DNA of 50,141 nt from Eledone cirrhosa (taxonomy: Eukaryota), in assembly GCA_964016885.1 (NCBI GenBank), contig CAXHJY010000735.1, forward strand, positions 1 through 50,141, read 5' to 3'. Every line of letters begins with the position of its first letter. Position 1 is the stretch's first letter. The position numbers were made by a program, and so were the translations under genes. This document shows positions 17,159-29,341 of this stretch, piece after piece. The notes beneath the pieces were generated by a model, which was given only the letters and a program-made list of their open reading frames with translations, had not been told where the DNA came from and did not search any database.

Positions 17159-17375
17159 ATAATGGTTTCGTATATAGGCACAAGGCCAGCAATTTTGGGG
17201 AGGGGAAGTCAATTAAATCGACCCCAATGCGTGACTGGTACTTTATTTTATCGACCCTGTAAGGATGAAAGGTAAAGTTAACCTCGGTGGGATTTGAACT
17301 CACACCATAAAGGGCCGTAACTATGCTGCAAAGCATGGCGTCCGACCCTCTACCGATACTGCCAATCTACCGCCC
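17159..17375 (-). mobile_element. tRNA-derived SINE, full length
   Basis: Minus-strand A box TGGCAGTATCGG and B box GAGTTCAAATCC; same family as 12618-12800. Confidence 0.88.
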
Positions 17376-17615
17376 TTCTATCTATATATAATAAGACGTT
17401 AACGGGACTAGCATAAGGTTTCCCTGCTAGTACCAGTTGCACCTCAGTGTACTCAATAGGTAAGGTTATGTATAAATCCCAGAGAAGACTCAAAGTTATT
17501 TGCCTTGATACAACACACGTAAATGGGTACCATAAATTTATACCCGTACTCAAGTTTCTGTCACACTTAATGCAGTAAGAGAACGTATAGCATTCCTTGT
17601 CTGGATTTATGCAAT

Positions 17616-17882
17616 AATTGTTTCTACATTTGGCACAAGGCCAGCAATTATCTCAGTACATTACTGGTATTTCATTTTATCGACCCCGTAAGTATGAAAG
17701 GCAAAAGTAACTTAAAGTAACAATTGTTTCTACTATTGACACAAGGCCAGCAATTACTCAGTACATTACTGGTACTTTATTTTATCCACCCCATAAGGAT
17801 GAAAGTTAACCTCGGCGGGATTTGAACTCAGAATGGCAAGGGCCGTAACTCTATACGTCAAAGCATAGCGTCCGACCCTCTA
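17616..17882 (-). mobile_element. tRNA-derived SINE with a duplicated 3' part
   Basis: cacaaggccagcaatta...cagtacattactggta occurs twice, followed by the B-box-containing head. Confidence 0.8.
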
Positions 17883-18351
17883 CAGCGCATGTGGCTTCAT
17901 TAGCAGATCTCGCCTAATCAATAACCAATCGATCAACAGGATTCGATCTCAGTCTGTGTTGGCTATGGCAGTATATGTGACAGGCGTCACAGTAGTACAC
18001 TAGTAACTGAAATCCCAACGCGTTATCAGAAATTCACGTGATGGCTAGGAGTCGTGATTCTATGCTTCTACCCTTCCATAAGTACTCCACCAACATATCT
18101 CATATCAAACACAAATTAACAAGTGAGTGAAAAAACGATTAGATGTGCGTGTGTATATGGATGTGTATAGATATGTGTGTGTACCAATCACCATAGCACA
18201 TGTGTCATTGCCAATGACACAAGTGAGAAAGTTTTCACCAATTGTTTCTAACCATTGCCAAACCTTTTTTTTCTCTCTCACAAACAATAACTTTCTCTTA
18301 CACAACTTCTTTGTTTTTCTATGACTTGACAAACATTGACAGACAGGAAAT

Positions 18352-18598
18352 AATAGTAATACTAGTAGTGGTGATGGTGATAGTAGTAGGTGTGGTGATA
18401 GTAGTAATTGTAGTGACCGTGATAGTTGTAGTGGTGGTGGTAGTAATAGTAGAAGTAGTGATAATGGTAGTGGTAGTATTGCAGAAGTGGTGATGGTGGT
18501 GTTAGTAGTAGTAGTGGCGGCGATGGCGACGGTAGTAGTTGTAGTGATGGTGATAGTACTAGTTGAAGTGGTGATGGTGGTAGTGGTAGTAGTAATAA
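18352..18598. repeat. (GTA/GTG)n low-complexity trinucleotide repeat
   Basis: Seen directly in the sequence. Confidence 0.9.
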
Positions 18599-18931
18599 TG
18601 GTTTCTTATATAGGCACAAGGCCAGCAATTTTGGAGGGAGGGGAATGTCGATTAAATCTATCCCAGTGCGTGATTGGTATTTCATTTTATTGGTATTTTA
18701 TTTTATCGACCCCGTAAACTCGGTGGGGTTTGAACTCAGATCATAAAGGGCCGTAACTCTATGCTGCAAAGCATGGTGTCCGACCCTCTACCGATACTGC
18801 CAATCCACTGCCCTAGTGGTAGTAGTAATAATTGTTTCTACTTTTGGCACAAGGCCGGCAATTATCCCAGTGCATTACTTTATTTTATCGACCCTGTAAG
18901 GATGAAAGGCAAAGTTAACCTCGGCGGGATA
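18596..18931 (-). mobile_element. Two further copies of the abundant tRNA SINE (18596-18813 full, 18829-18931 partial)
   Basis: Same ggcacaaggccagcaat...ttatcgacccc...aactcaga sequence as 17159-17375. Confidence 0.85.
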
Positions 18932-19794
18932 TAATGCTTTTTGATTTAGACACGCAGCAATCAATCTAAAGGGAGGAGCAAGCTGACTGGTACTTTTATC
19001 AACAGCACCAGAAACAGACCCTGATGGAATTTAAACTGAGACTGTAAAGAGTGGAACAAATAATGTACAACATTTTGTCCGATGTTCAAACATTTTTGCC
19101 AAAGCACAGCACTTAATAATTTCTAACCTAAGCCCAAGATCAGTCTCTTTTATCCTTCAACATTTTTTCTCCCACAACATTTATCACTGACTCTATTCCA
19201 CTCACCCAGTGACTTTCAACCGTCCTCAACACATGACTAGGCAATCTCATTCCATTTCTCTTCACAATATTTATCACTGGCTCTATTCTGCTCACCCAGT
19301 CACCTTCGTCTTTCTTCAATACATGAATAGAGTGAAAATGTTTAAAATAACAAGTTATAAAAAAAATAGTAGCCATATAAAAACACAAATAATATAGTGT
19401 TGTTTAAAACGCTTTTTGATACTAAACAGACTTTTCTCAGAGCTCCACTTGAACAAAACAACAATAGTAAATTCATTTTAAATATATAAGCAATGACTTT
19501 CAATAGAAATATGGTAGTGAAAAGGTTACTGAATAGGAAATAGTCAGTCCAATGTGTGTATGACTCTTTCTAAAACATCAGTCAAGAGAGAGAGAGAGAG
19601 AGAGGAGGGAAAAGAAGGGAAGAAAGAAGAAATTATAATTGGGGCCATAGTTACGGTAACAAAAAAATAAACATTTGGTTGCTTCTACAATATTTTTTAT
19701 ATTCGTCTTCTAATTTTTTTCTTATTTATCTTTTCTTATTATCTTGCCTGTTTCCTTTTATTGAGCCTGGCCTTGACACACATAATATATATAT

Positions 19795-19825
<31 letters not shown>

Positions 19826-19988
19826 CATATATATATACACACACATTAAGGAGCTATGTACTGAATGCCACACAGAATAAATAAAAGTTTCCATTTAATT
19901 GGAAACAAGAATCTAGCAGCAATTGTTAGTGGCCTTCAAATCAAAGAAAAAAGGGAGATGATTTCAAGAATTAACCTCACAAAGTGGG

Positions 19989-20243
19989 TTAACCCTTCTG
20001 ATACCAAACTGCTTAAAATTGCTTGTTTAAACCTGTTTCCTGGTCCTCTCTATTTCAATTAATTAAAGAAACATTTTGAAGACTTTACTAAAATTATTTT
20101 ATTACTGAGATAGAAATTTAACATATGATTGTTATATAAAATATGTTGGAGATTTAAAATTTAAATAGAGGACCCTTTAAAACGGACATTTTTCTTTCAT
20201 AGAACCAGAGCCTGTTTTGGCTGGGTTGGTATAAAAAAGTTAG
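19989..20243. mobile_element. Possible piggyBac-type MITE (degenerate)
   Basis: TTAA-cccttctgataccaa ... ttggtataaaaaag-TTAG: imperfect TIRs. Confidence 0.4.
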
Positions 20244-20624
20244 TGTTTACATTTATGTAAAAACTTTGTCATAATTTTATGTGAGAACTTTTGCTAGGCT
20301 ATGTTCTAAACAATAGCTTAAATCTAAGAAAGTTAGTCATATTACTAAATCCCACTAAAACATAAACAGTTTCATTAGAAATATGGTACCTAATGTATAG
20401 GTTAATCTATTTAATAGCAATGGGCCTAAGGCTGCTTCAAGTTTTATAATAAAACTACCAATTTTAAAATGCTCATATTTAAATTAACCCTTTCATTAGC
20501 ATATATCTAGGAGCATAGCAATATAGCTAGCTTCATTGTTATTATGCTAGTGTATGAAACAAAGGTTCTTACATCAAATTATGATGGAAGGTTTTTAGAT
20601 AAATATAATCCCTTTAAAACATAT

Positions 20625-20827
20625 TTAACCCTTTAGCATTTACATTAGTCTATATATTTACTATTGTATTTTCATGGTAAAGGCTTTATCTCATAATTAT
20701 CTCACATAATATCGAATCTATGAGATTTTGATATTTTTTATTTTGAGAACAATACCGTAACATTAGTATGAGCAGCCAGTTACAGCCAGTTTGGACAGAA
20801 AGAGATGAGAGAATGCTAAAGGATTAA
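20625..20827. mobile_element. piggyBac-type MITE
   Basis: TTAA-ccctttagcatt ... aatgctaaagga-TTAA: 11/12 TIR match with a TTAA target duplication. Confidence 0.6.
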
Positions 20828-20935
20828 ATTAAAACTGCCCATCAGAATTGAGTAAAATAATTAATATTGAGTATGTAAACAGATGCAGTGGTTTTATGAG
20901 TTATGCCTGGTTTTCAATGTTTACACAGGTTGGAC

Positions 20936-21214
20936 CAGTGATTCTCAAATAGGAGGCATTTGGATCCCATGGGAGGAATCCAAACTGGGAAAGAATAGTA
21001 TATATTGTGTATATATTAAATGAAAAAAACAATAACCCAACTATGCGGGAGATCACGAATTAACACTTAACAAAAAACTGCTGTTTCAGACAAAATCTCA
21101 TTTACTGTGGTGTTCAGGGTGAAAAATAACTAGATGATAATTTAAATTAGGAGGAATTGAGGAAACCTGGGATTGCAAAGGGAGGAATATGACCTAAGTC
21201 TCTGAGAACCACTG
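20936..21214. mobile_element. hAT (Charlie-type) MITE
   Basis: TIRs CAGTGATTCTCA / TGAGAACCACTG; flanking 8-mers ggttggac / ggctggat (6/8 match) fit an aged 8-bp TSD. Confidence 0.65.
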
Positions 21215-21711
21215 GGCTGGATAAAGCCTGGAGCATAGAGTTTCATGGGCATTAGAGTACAAGATTCCTCAACAATCAAAACCTTAATCAATCCCAAGCT
21301 GCTTTTGCTCCTTTTCAGCTGAGTGAAATGGAGTAACATGAAATCAGGTGCTCTGCTCACAGACATAATGTACCACTCATTCTAAGAATCAACTCCATGG
21401 CTTTATGATGGTGAGCTGAACAATCTAATCACTAGCCCATGCACCTTCAGTCTGTACAGTAACTGCATTTAATTACTACATCCTGTCTTGTTTAATTAGT
21501 AAAAGCTCTAATTAATTATATAGATGAAGTAAACTGAAGAATTTAAATTAATTAAAATTAACATTCTTGGTGATGAGAAGAATACTTTTTATAGAATTGG
21601 GGTCACTTTGTTCTTATAAAACAAGTATTTCAGGGTATTTTTCCCCAGCCATTTTTATTAATTTATAATACTCCTCCTATGTTCATTCACAAAAATTCTA
21701 TATACTATTGG

Positions 21712-21992
21712 TGCAGGCATGGTTGTGAGGTTAAGAAGGTTTCAGGTTTGGTCTGTCTACCAGTCTACCAGATTTATTTCACACGGTTGACCAGTACCTT
21801 GTGAATGAAACCTGTTGTATATACATACACGTGTGTGTGTGTGATTAGGTTTACTGTTTGCCTACATCCTGCAATTTCCTAGTTCGATAGAGATGAATAA
21901 AATATGTACCAGGTTTGACATGGAAAACTTAAAGCGCTTTAAGGTGATGTCGCAGCCTGGCCATAGCCTAATGACTGAAAGGAATAAAAGAA
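21712..21992 (+). mobile_element. Degenerate tRNA-derived SINE with internal (TG)n
   Basis: gcaggcatggttgtgaggttaagaag head; tail ...taatgactgaaaggaataaaagaat. Confidence 0.5.
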
Positions 21993-22485
21993 TATATCTG
22001 TAATCATTGTAAGATTTGCTGAAATGGTTAAATTGAGTTTTGCTGGGGAGGTTCAATGTGGTGTTACAAATCAGACACAAATCATATTGCATTTCCTATT
22101 TTATGAGATTTGGTTAATTTTAATTAAATTTCAGAGTTGTCTCTCTTGCCTTTTTTCAAAAATTAGAATTGTATATATGTATGAGGGTTTGCATCTTGCT
22201 TACATATGTATCTGCATTCTGCCAAGTGCATTTTATTGGAGTACCAGCACTAGGGAGGTTGTGATGTCCTTGACACAATTGAAGGGCCATCACAATCATT
22301 TGTTTGGCAAGCTCACTATGGCTGGATGCCCTTCCTATCACCAGCTGCTTTACAGCGTTTACTAGATGCGTTTCTTGTGTAGATCACCAACACTACAACA
22401 GTTACAGGTGGCGCGCCGTTTGAAGAACTCGCTGTTACGAGGTCTGTTTCGTTTGAGTTGTATTCCAGTGTTGAGAGTGTGCAGA

Positions 22486-22639
22486 GTGTAAATGTGGTTG
22501 GTGTTAGGAAGGGTTTCCAGCCATAGAAAACCTGCCAGACAGTCCTATACAAGCGAGACGACCAATCTTGTCTCAAGTGGGACAATTCCCATCTAGACCC
22601 ATGCTAGCGTGGACGATAGACGTTAAACGATGATGATGA
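22486..22639 (+). mobile_element. RTE 3'-end fragment with (GAT)n tail
   Basis: tgtaaatgtggttggtgttaggaaggg...cccatgctagcgtgg...cgttaaacgatgatgatg matches the RTE 3' ends; further 3' tips at ~22850-22910 (-) and ~24767-24808 (+). Confidence 0.85.
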
Positions 22640-23324
22640 AAGGTTGAGGTCAGTGTTGCAGCGTATATATACTAACATTGATCCATACAAGTTGACCTGA
22701 TGTTATATTTTCATACATAATAGAGACGGTTGAATGGCCATTGATTCAAACAATAGCAATCCTTTCATGACACTAGAAGCTAGACATAAAAAATACAATA
22801 CGGTCTTGGCTATTTAATCTTTCTATCTTTGTGTGCGTATGTGTATCATCATCATCATCACCATTTTACGTCCGTTCTTCCACGCTAGCATGGGTTAGAC
22901 GGGTTGTCCTGTTGTGGGCAGTAGCCGGTCGGCTGACCATGCCTTGCTCATACAGGAACCACACACACACACACACATATATATGTATATATATATAGAG
23001 AGAGAGATTTAAAAGAGTCGAAGTCAAATGTTGCAGCATATGTACAAACTTTAATTGCATATTACAATTGTTTTGATATCAATCATGGATCTGCTCTTCA
23101 GACTAATTCAACAGAAAATAGTGTTTGTATTGTATTTTCTGTTGAATCCCTGTGAAATGTGCGTAATAGGTTGATGCATAATAAAAACCTCTATGTAAAT
23201 GAAAGTTTATCGCTTTTCTATATATATATATATAGATAGATACATAAATATATATATGCATAGAAGAAATTGAGAGGTAGAGTGCCAATTATATAAACCT
23301 TTTACAGTCACAGGAAGGATCCAT

Positions 23325-23901
23325 AGACGTAGTTGATAGCTTCTGCTATCTAGGTGACCTACTTAGCAGTGGAGGAGGGTACACCGAGAGTATAATAACT
23401 AGAATAAGGATAGGATGGAAGAAGATTAGAGAACTGTTCCCACTGCTGACAACAAAAGGTTTCTCTCTATGTATAAAAGGCAGGCGGTATGACGTTTGTG
23501 TGCGGTGCATGAAGCTGCATGGTAGTGAAATATGGGCTATGACAGCAGAGGACATGTGCAAACTGGAGAGAAAAGCTGAGCTTGGATGAGCTGAGGAGAA
23601 GCTGGGTTTAAGGAGAATCCGAGATAGTGTGCTGGAGAGAAGACTGCATTGGTGTGGACATGTGATGTGCATAGACAGTGACCGATGGGTGAAGAAATGC
23701 CAGGAAATCCCAGTGGAAGGAAGCCACAGTAGGGTTTAACTAAGAAAGACCTTGGAAGAGGTTGTGAAAGCTGGTCTCAAATTGCTAAGACTGGCAGTGG
23801 AGAAGATGAAGGAAAGCGACAAGTAGAGAGATGTCATGCTGAGAAGGACCTGTCCAACCCATGCAAGCATGGAAAAGCAGTCGTAAAAATGATGATGATG
23901 A
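23325..23901 (+). mobile_element. Old degenerate RTE LINE 3' fragment
   Basis: VVDSFCYLGDLLSSGGG...RIRIGWKK and RRLHWCGHVM; ends with cccatgcaagcatgg...gatgatgatg. Confidence 0.85.
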
Positions 23902-24051
23902 CATACTTATGAAATATATATATATGATATATAAATATATATCATCATCGATCATCATCATCATTGATTAACGCCTATCTTCCACGAATATATATACAGA
24001 GAGATAGATAAATAGATTGATAGAGAGATACATACATCTATACATATATAT

Positions 24052-24720
24052 ACTGGGTGTACCAGCAAAGTTGTCCAAATTTTAGATCAACTTCGAGCCT
24101 CTGTATATCAGGTATGCTTAAAGATAACTTAATGGAATTTTCAGAGGTTTTCTAACACTATTGGACTCTACTTTGAGCAAGAGAAATGTTGATTACTCTC
24201 CAAGCTCACCAGAAAAATTTGTGATAAAGTTGATCAACAGTTTCCAATTGGGCTTAAGTCAGGACTTGAATCTGGCAAAGGTGCCAGCACTTCAATCCCA
24301 AATTCTCATATAATACATGTTTGCATTTATAGTTTTTCCTGCTGGAATTATGGTCAGTACAGCTTATCCCTTTATGCTTACTGATTCACAGATCATCAAT
24401 GATTGTGAATGTTTAACTGTTGGTTTGACATAACGAGAATCATAATGCTATCCTGGTGGTTTTCTTATATGGTGATTACACGGGGCAAACAGTCTAATTA
24501 ATGTTTCATCACTAAACATTACCTCACTCCATTGAGCAGCAGTCCAGTGATGATAAGTGATGCAGAACAATGGACGGTCCTTGATTCTTCTATTTGAAAA
24601 ATGAGGCTTAACACAGTGTTGTTGGATGGTAGATGACGTGTGTGTCTTGAGGAAGTTGGTCTTAGATATATGAGCTGGAAGCATTTGGATTTGACACTGC
24701 AAATCGGTGTATCATGTGAT
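24052..24720 (-). mobile_element. Tc1-like transposon remnant
   Basis: Minus-strand HWTAAQWSEVMFSDET matches the first-Asp motif W..V.FSDE of the Tc1 DDE domain; left end follows TA. Confidence 0.7.
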
Positions 24721-24728
24721 CTGTTTGA

Positions 24729-24761
<33 letters not shown>

Positions 24762-25664
24762 CATATCCATGCTAGCGTGGAAGATAGACGTTAAACGATG
24801 ATGATGATACATATACATACATATATTTATACATATATATATATACATATACATACTTTAACACTCATATATACATATATATGAGTGTTAAAGTCTGTTT
24901 CAAACACAGAGGCTCATCAAGCTAGATCTCACCTCACTTTAATTGATATTGACTCAGAGAAAAAATACTATCTAGACAAAGTTCCAGTCTGTTGCAGAAT
25001 CCCAGCTGATGCTGGTACTCATTTTTTCCAGTGGACAGGAGCAACATTAAAATGAAATGTCTGCTTCAAGAATACAATGTACCACATGGTCCGTGAAACA
25101 TACTCATGATCTTACAATCGTGAAACCACTACGCTAACCACTAGGCTGTGTGACATCACTGAACTACTGAGTGCATGTATATTTATATTGATTATTTTCA
25201 TGCCACTGCCATAATTTCATGGGTGTTTAATAATGATCTTGAAATTATTTTGATATAATTATACATACATGTTTTCCTGTAACCATAGAAATTGATATAT
25301 ATGTAATTCACATGATATTGTGTAATTCATATGTATTAATTAATTAATGGATTAATTAGTTTATAGAAGTGCCCTAAGTGCACTATTACTCTATTATATA
25401 TATGTAAATGTTAACAGATTTGAATGCATGCATATGTGTGTGTATATAAGTATGTTGATGTCTGTCTATATACATATTTCCTTTCTAAGCAGAAAAGTGG
25501 CAGTGACTTCAAACTCACTGCCACTTTACTGCGAATATATAATTCTACTCTACCCACCATTATAGAATGCTCATTTAGTTAATGTTTGAAGGCTTTAAAT
25601 ACTATGGTATTTTAAACACATATCCAAACATATATATATATATATATACATACATACATATTCT

Positions 25665-26141
25665 CTAAGACAATGTCACTGGATTGAAAACTTTGGCGCT
25701 ACCCAGTAATACAGAAGACCTGTCTTCCCTTACATACAAAGTTAAACCTACAGTCAGTAGGCACCTCTTAACCAAATATAGACCCCAACCCACTATCTCT
25801 ACTCCATCCTCCCACTTCCACCCACACCACCCTTTCTTTGTAAAGTTATGTTGGTACCACAGAACATCCAGTCCACACTAAAGTGGTCGTGTAGGTGTCA
25901 CAACAAAAAGCACCCAGTTCATGCTTTAAAGTGGTCATGTAGGAGATATTCTAAAAAGGCTCCCAGTCCACACTGTAAATGTGGTTGGTGTTAGGAAGGG
26001 CATCCAGCCGTAGAAAACCTGCCAGATACAGTCCTATATGAGCGAGACACGGTCACCCGATCAATCTTGTCTTAAGTGAGACAATTCCCGTCTAACCCAT
26101 GCTAGCGTGGAAGATAAACGTTAAATGATGATGATGATGAT
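25665..26141 (+). mobile_element. RTE 3' end and 3' UTR fragment
   Basis: ctctaagacaatgtcactgga... through the UTR repeat units to the (GAT)n tail; lies tail-to-tail with the next element. Confidence 0.85.
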
Positions 26142-26159
26142 ATATATATATATATATAT

Positions 26160-27043
26160 CATCATCATCATTTTACGTCCGCTCTTCCCTGCTTGCAAGG
26201 GTGGGACGGATCTTATTCAACACAGCATCTCTCCACTTGTCACAGTCCTTCGTCATCTCCACCGTGAGCTTCAGCGATCTGAGGTCTGTTCACACCACCT
26301 CCGCCCATGTTTTTCGTGGTCTACCTCTACCACGTCTTCCTTCAACTGGCATTTCCTGGCACCTCTTCACCCATCGGTCATCCTCCATGTGCATCACATG
26401 TCCATACCACCTCAGTCTCCTCTCCCGTACACTACATTCTATCCCTCTCAGACACAGTTTCTCTCTCAACACATTCATGCTGGGTCATTCACGCACATTG
26501 ACACTGCACATCCAACGGAGCATGCTTGCCTCATTTCACTCCAGCCATCACATATCCTCTGCAGTTGCTGCCCATGTTTTACTACCATGCAGCATCGCGC
26601 TCCTCACACAGGCATCCTATAACACAGGGAGAAACCCTTCTTCGTCAACAGAGGAAGCAGCTCCATAAACTTCTTCCAACCCATCCTTATTCTAGATACT
26701 ATGGCCACAGAACACCCCACTGCCATGCTAATCTGATCTCCTAGGTACCGGAAGCTATCCACCACTTCTATAGCACCTGCATGCATTTGAAAAATGTGTC
26801 TATCAATGCGACTTCTACTGTCTAATTTCCCTGTACATCTACTGCATACATATTTCTCCCTACCTGTTAGTTTGCCTGCTATCCCGCTACATCTCTTGTG
26901 TACCCAGGATCTGCTTTGTGTGCATTTTATAGAATTTATGCCAGTTCCTTTTCTGCATATCGAACATGGCCATTCCCTGACGGAATCAGAGTTTTATCCT
27001 CTTTTCTACTCATCAACACTTTTGTCTTAGCTAGGTTCACTCT
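26160..27043 (-). mobile_element. 5'-truncated RTE LINE, divergent subfamily
   Basis: Minus-strand WPCSICRKG...WVHKRCSGI, IEVVDSFRYLGDQIS, RRLRWYGHVMHM, GRPRKTW; tail seen as (CAT)n at 26160-26171. Confidence 0.92.
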
Positions 27044-27200
27044 CTCATATATATATATATACATATAACAAAGAAGGTGTGGTAAGATACCAGGTGGACC
27101 ATAAAGCACCAGAGTACTGCTGGCTTAGTTCAGATCTCTACATAGAAAAATAGTTAGGACCCTGATGGCTGAGCTCCGGCTGTTTATATATATATATATA

Positions 27201-29143
27201 GTAACTATAGAGGCATTAAATTAATCGACCAGGTCATGAAGGTCACGGAAAAAGTAATAGCGCAACTAATCAGAGAGAGAATTGATCTAGATGAAATGCA
27301 GTTCGGATTTGTGTCAGGCAAAAGTACCACAGACGCTCTTTTCATTGTACGACAACTACAGGAGAAGTACCTAGCTAAAAGTAAACCTCTATACTTAGCT
27401 TTCGTCGACTTGGAGAAAGCCTTCGACAGAGTCCCCCGTTCCATTATCTGGTGGGCTCTTAGAAAACTAGGTGTTGACGAATGGCTTGTGAGGGCTATAC
27501 AAGCCATGTATAAAGAAACAGTCAGTAAGGTTAGAATTAACAACGAATATAGTGAAGAGTTTAGCGTAAAAGTTGGTGTCCATCAGGGCTCTGTTCTTAG
27601 CCCCCTACTATTTATTATTGCCCTTCAGGCTATAACAGAGGAGTTCAAGACCGGCTGCCCATGGGAACTCCTATACGCAGATGATCTAACGCTCATAGCT
27701 GAATCAATGACCGAACTAGAGAAGAAATTCCAAACATGGAAGCACGGCCTAGAATCAAAAGGCCTTAAAATTAACCTGGCTAAGACTAAAGTTCTAGTTT
27801 GTAGGAAAGAAAATAAGGCGGCAGTCCCATCTGGGAAATGGCCATGCTCAGTGTGTAGGAAAGGCGTAGGTAGAAACTCCATTTTATGTCCCAAATGCAA
27901 AGTATGGGTGCATAAAAGATGTAGTGGGATCACAGGTAAGCTAACTAAGAACATAGATTTTACATGTGGCCGGTGCTCTGGTGCAATAAGTAGCAGCAAG
28001 TGCTCACAAAATACTAGCTCCTTCAACTGCGCAGAGGGTTCTATAGAAATAGTGGACAGCTTCCGTTACCTGGGTGACAAAATCAGCAGTGGGGGAGGGT
28101 GCTCTGAAAGTACAGTAGCTAGAGTCAGAACTGGATGGAAAAAGTTCAGAGAGCTTATACCACTATTAGCCGCTAGAGGGTTCTCCCTAAAAATGAAAGG
28201 CAGGTTATACGATGCCTGCATACGAACAGCAATGCTGCATGGCAGTGAGACCTGGGCATTGTGTGCAAAGGATATACGCAGACTAGAGAGGAACGAAGCT
28301 TGCATGCTCCGCTGGATGTGCAATAGTAATATACGTGAACGGCAAAGCATAAACGAACTAAGGAAAAAATTAGAAATAAGAGGGATCAGATGTTGTTTAC
28401 TCAAGAGAAGGCTACGTTGGTACGGTCACGTGATGCGCATGAAAGACGACAGCTGTATAACAAAGTGCAGGGCAATAAAGATAGACGGTAGCCACGGAGT
28501 AGGCAGACCCAGAAAAACATGGGACGAGCTGATAAATTCCGACCTCACACGCTTACACCTCTCCAAGACAATGTCACTGGACCGAGACCTTTGGCGGTAC
28601 TCAGTAATAGAGAAGACCCGCCTTACCTAAATACAAAGTAAAAACCTACTACAGTCAATAGGAATCTCTATCAAACCCCCCCCCCCCCCCCCCGTCACAC
28701 CACCTCCACCCCATCCACACCGCCCCTTTCAATGTAAAGTTATGTTGGTCCCACAACATCCAGGCCGAAACAAATGAGATCGTGTAGGTGTCACGACAAA
28801 AAACACACAGTCCACGCTGTAAATGTGGCCGTGTAGGCAACACGATAAAAAACTCCCAGCCCCACACTGTAAATGTGGTTGGTGTTAGGAAGGGCATCCA
28901 GCTGTAGAAAACCCGCCAGACAGTCCACGCTGTAATGTGGCTGTGTAGGCAACACGGTAAAAACCTCCCAGCCCCACACTGTAAATGTGGTTGGTGTTAG
29001 GAAGGGCATCCAACTGTAGAAAACCCGCCAGACAGTCCTATGCGAGCAAGACAACCACTCTTGCCTCAAGTGGGAAAACCCCCGTCCAAACCCATGCAAG
29101 CGTGGAACACGGACGCTAAACCTGATGATGATGATGATGATGA
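27201..29143 (+). mobile_element. 5'-truncated RTE LINE with an uninterrupted RT C-terminal ORF
   Basis: Starts immediately after (TA)n; ~119-bp duplication in the 3' UTR; (GAT)n tail followed by (TA)n. Confidence 0.96.
27236..28630 (+). CDS. RTE reverse transcriptase (N-terminally truncated, 464 aa) containing a C4HC3 PHD-like finger
   Basis: QFGF, FVDLEKAFDRVP, GVHQGSVLSPLLF, LLYADD, FRYLG, RRLRWYGHV, GRPRKTW. Confidence 0.9.
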   Translation: MKVTEKVIAQLIRERIDLDEMQFGFVSGKSTTDALFIVRQLQEKYLAKSKPLYLAFVDLEKAFDRVPRSIIWWALRKLGVDEWLVRAIQAMYKETVSKVRINNEYSEEFSVKVGVHQGSVLSPLLFIIALQAITEEFKTGCPWELLYADDLTLIAESMTELEKKFQTWKHGLESKGLKINLAKTKVLVCRKENKAAVPSGKWPCSVCRKGVGRNSILCPKCKVWVHKRCSGITGKLTKNIDFTCGRCSGAISSSKCSQNTSSFNCAEGSIEIVDSFRYLGDKISSGGGCSESTVARVRTGWKKFRELIPLLAARGFSLKMKGRLYDACIRTAMLHGSETWALCAKDIRRLERNEACMLRWMCNSNIRERQSINELRKKLEIRGIRCCLLKRRLRWYGHVMRMKDDSCITKCRAIKIDGSHGVGRPRKTWDELINSDLTRLHLSKTMSLDRDLWRYSVIEKTRLT

Positions 29144-29341
29144 TATATATATATATAGAGAGAGAGAGTTAATTCCATAATAATTAACAAACTATATTTG
29201 AGGATACATGTTTCACCTAAAAGGTTTATTCAATTCATGTATGGTTATAGCAAGTCTTTTGGACTGAGTACTCTACCAATTTTAGATATGTCCTGTGGAT
29301 TTTTCACTCACTATACGTATGTATGTATGTATGTATGTATG

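Noticed and set aside
18242-18717. Val-rich 'membrane protein' ORFs
   Set aside because: They derive from the (GTA/GTG)n repeat plus SINE sequence.
19175-19325. Local ~60-bp direct duplication (similar ones at 11428-11525 and 12445-12500)
   Set aside because: These look like ordinary slippage duplications with no further structure.
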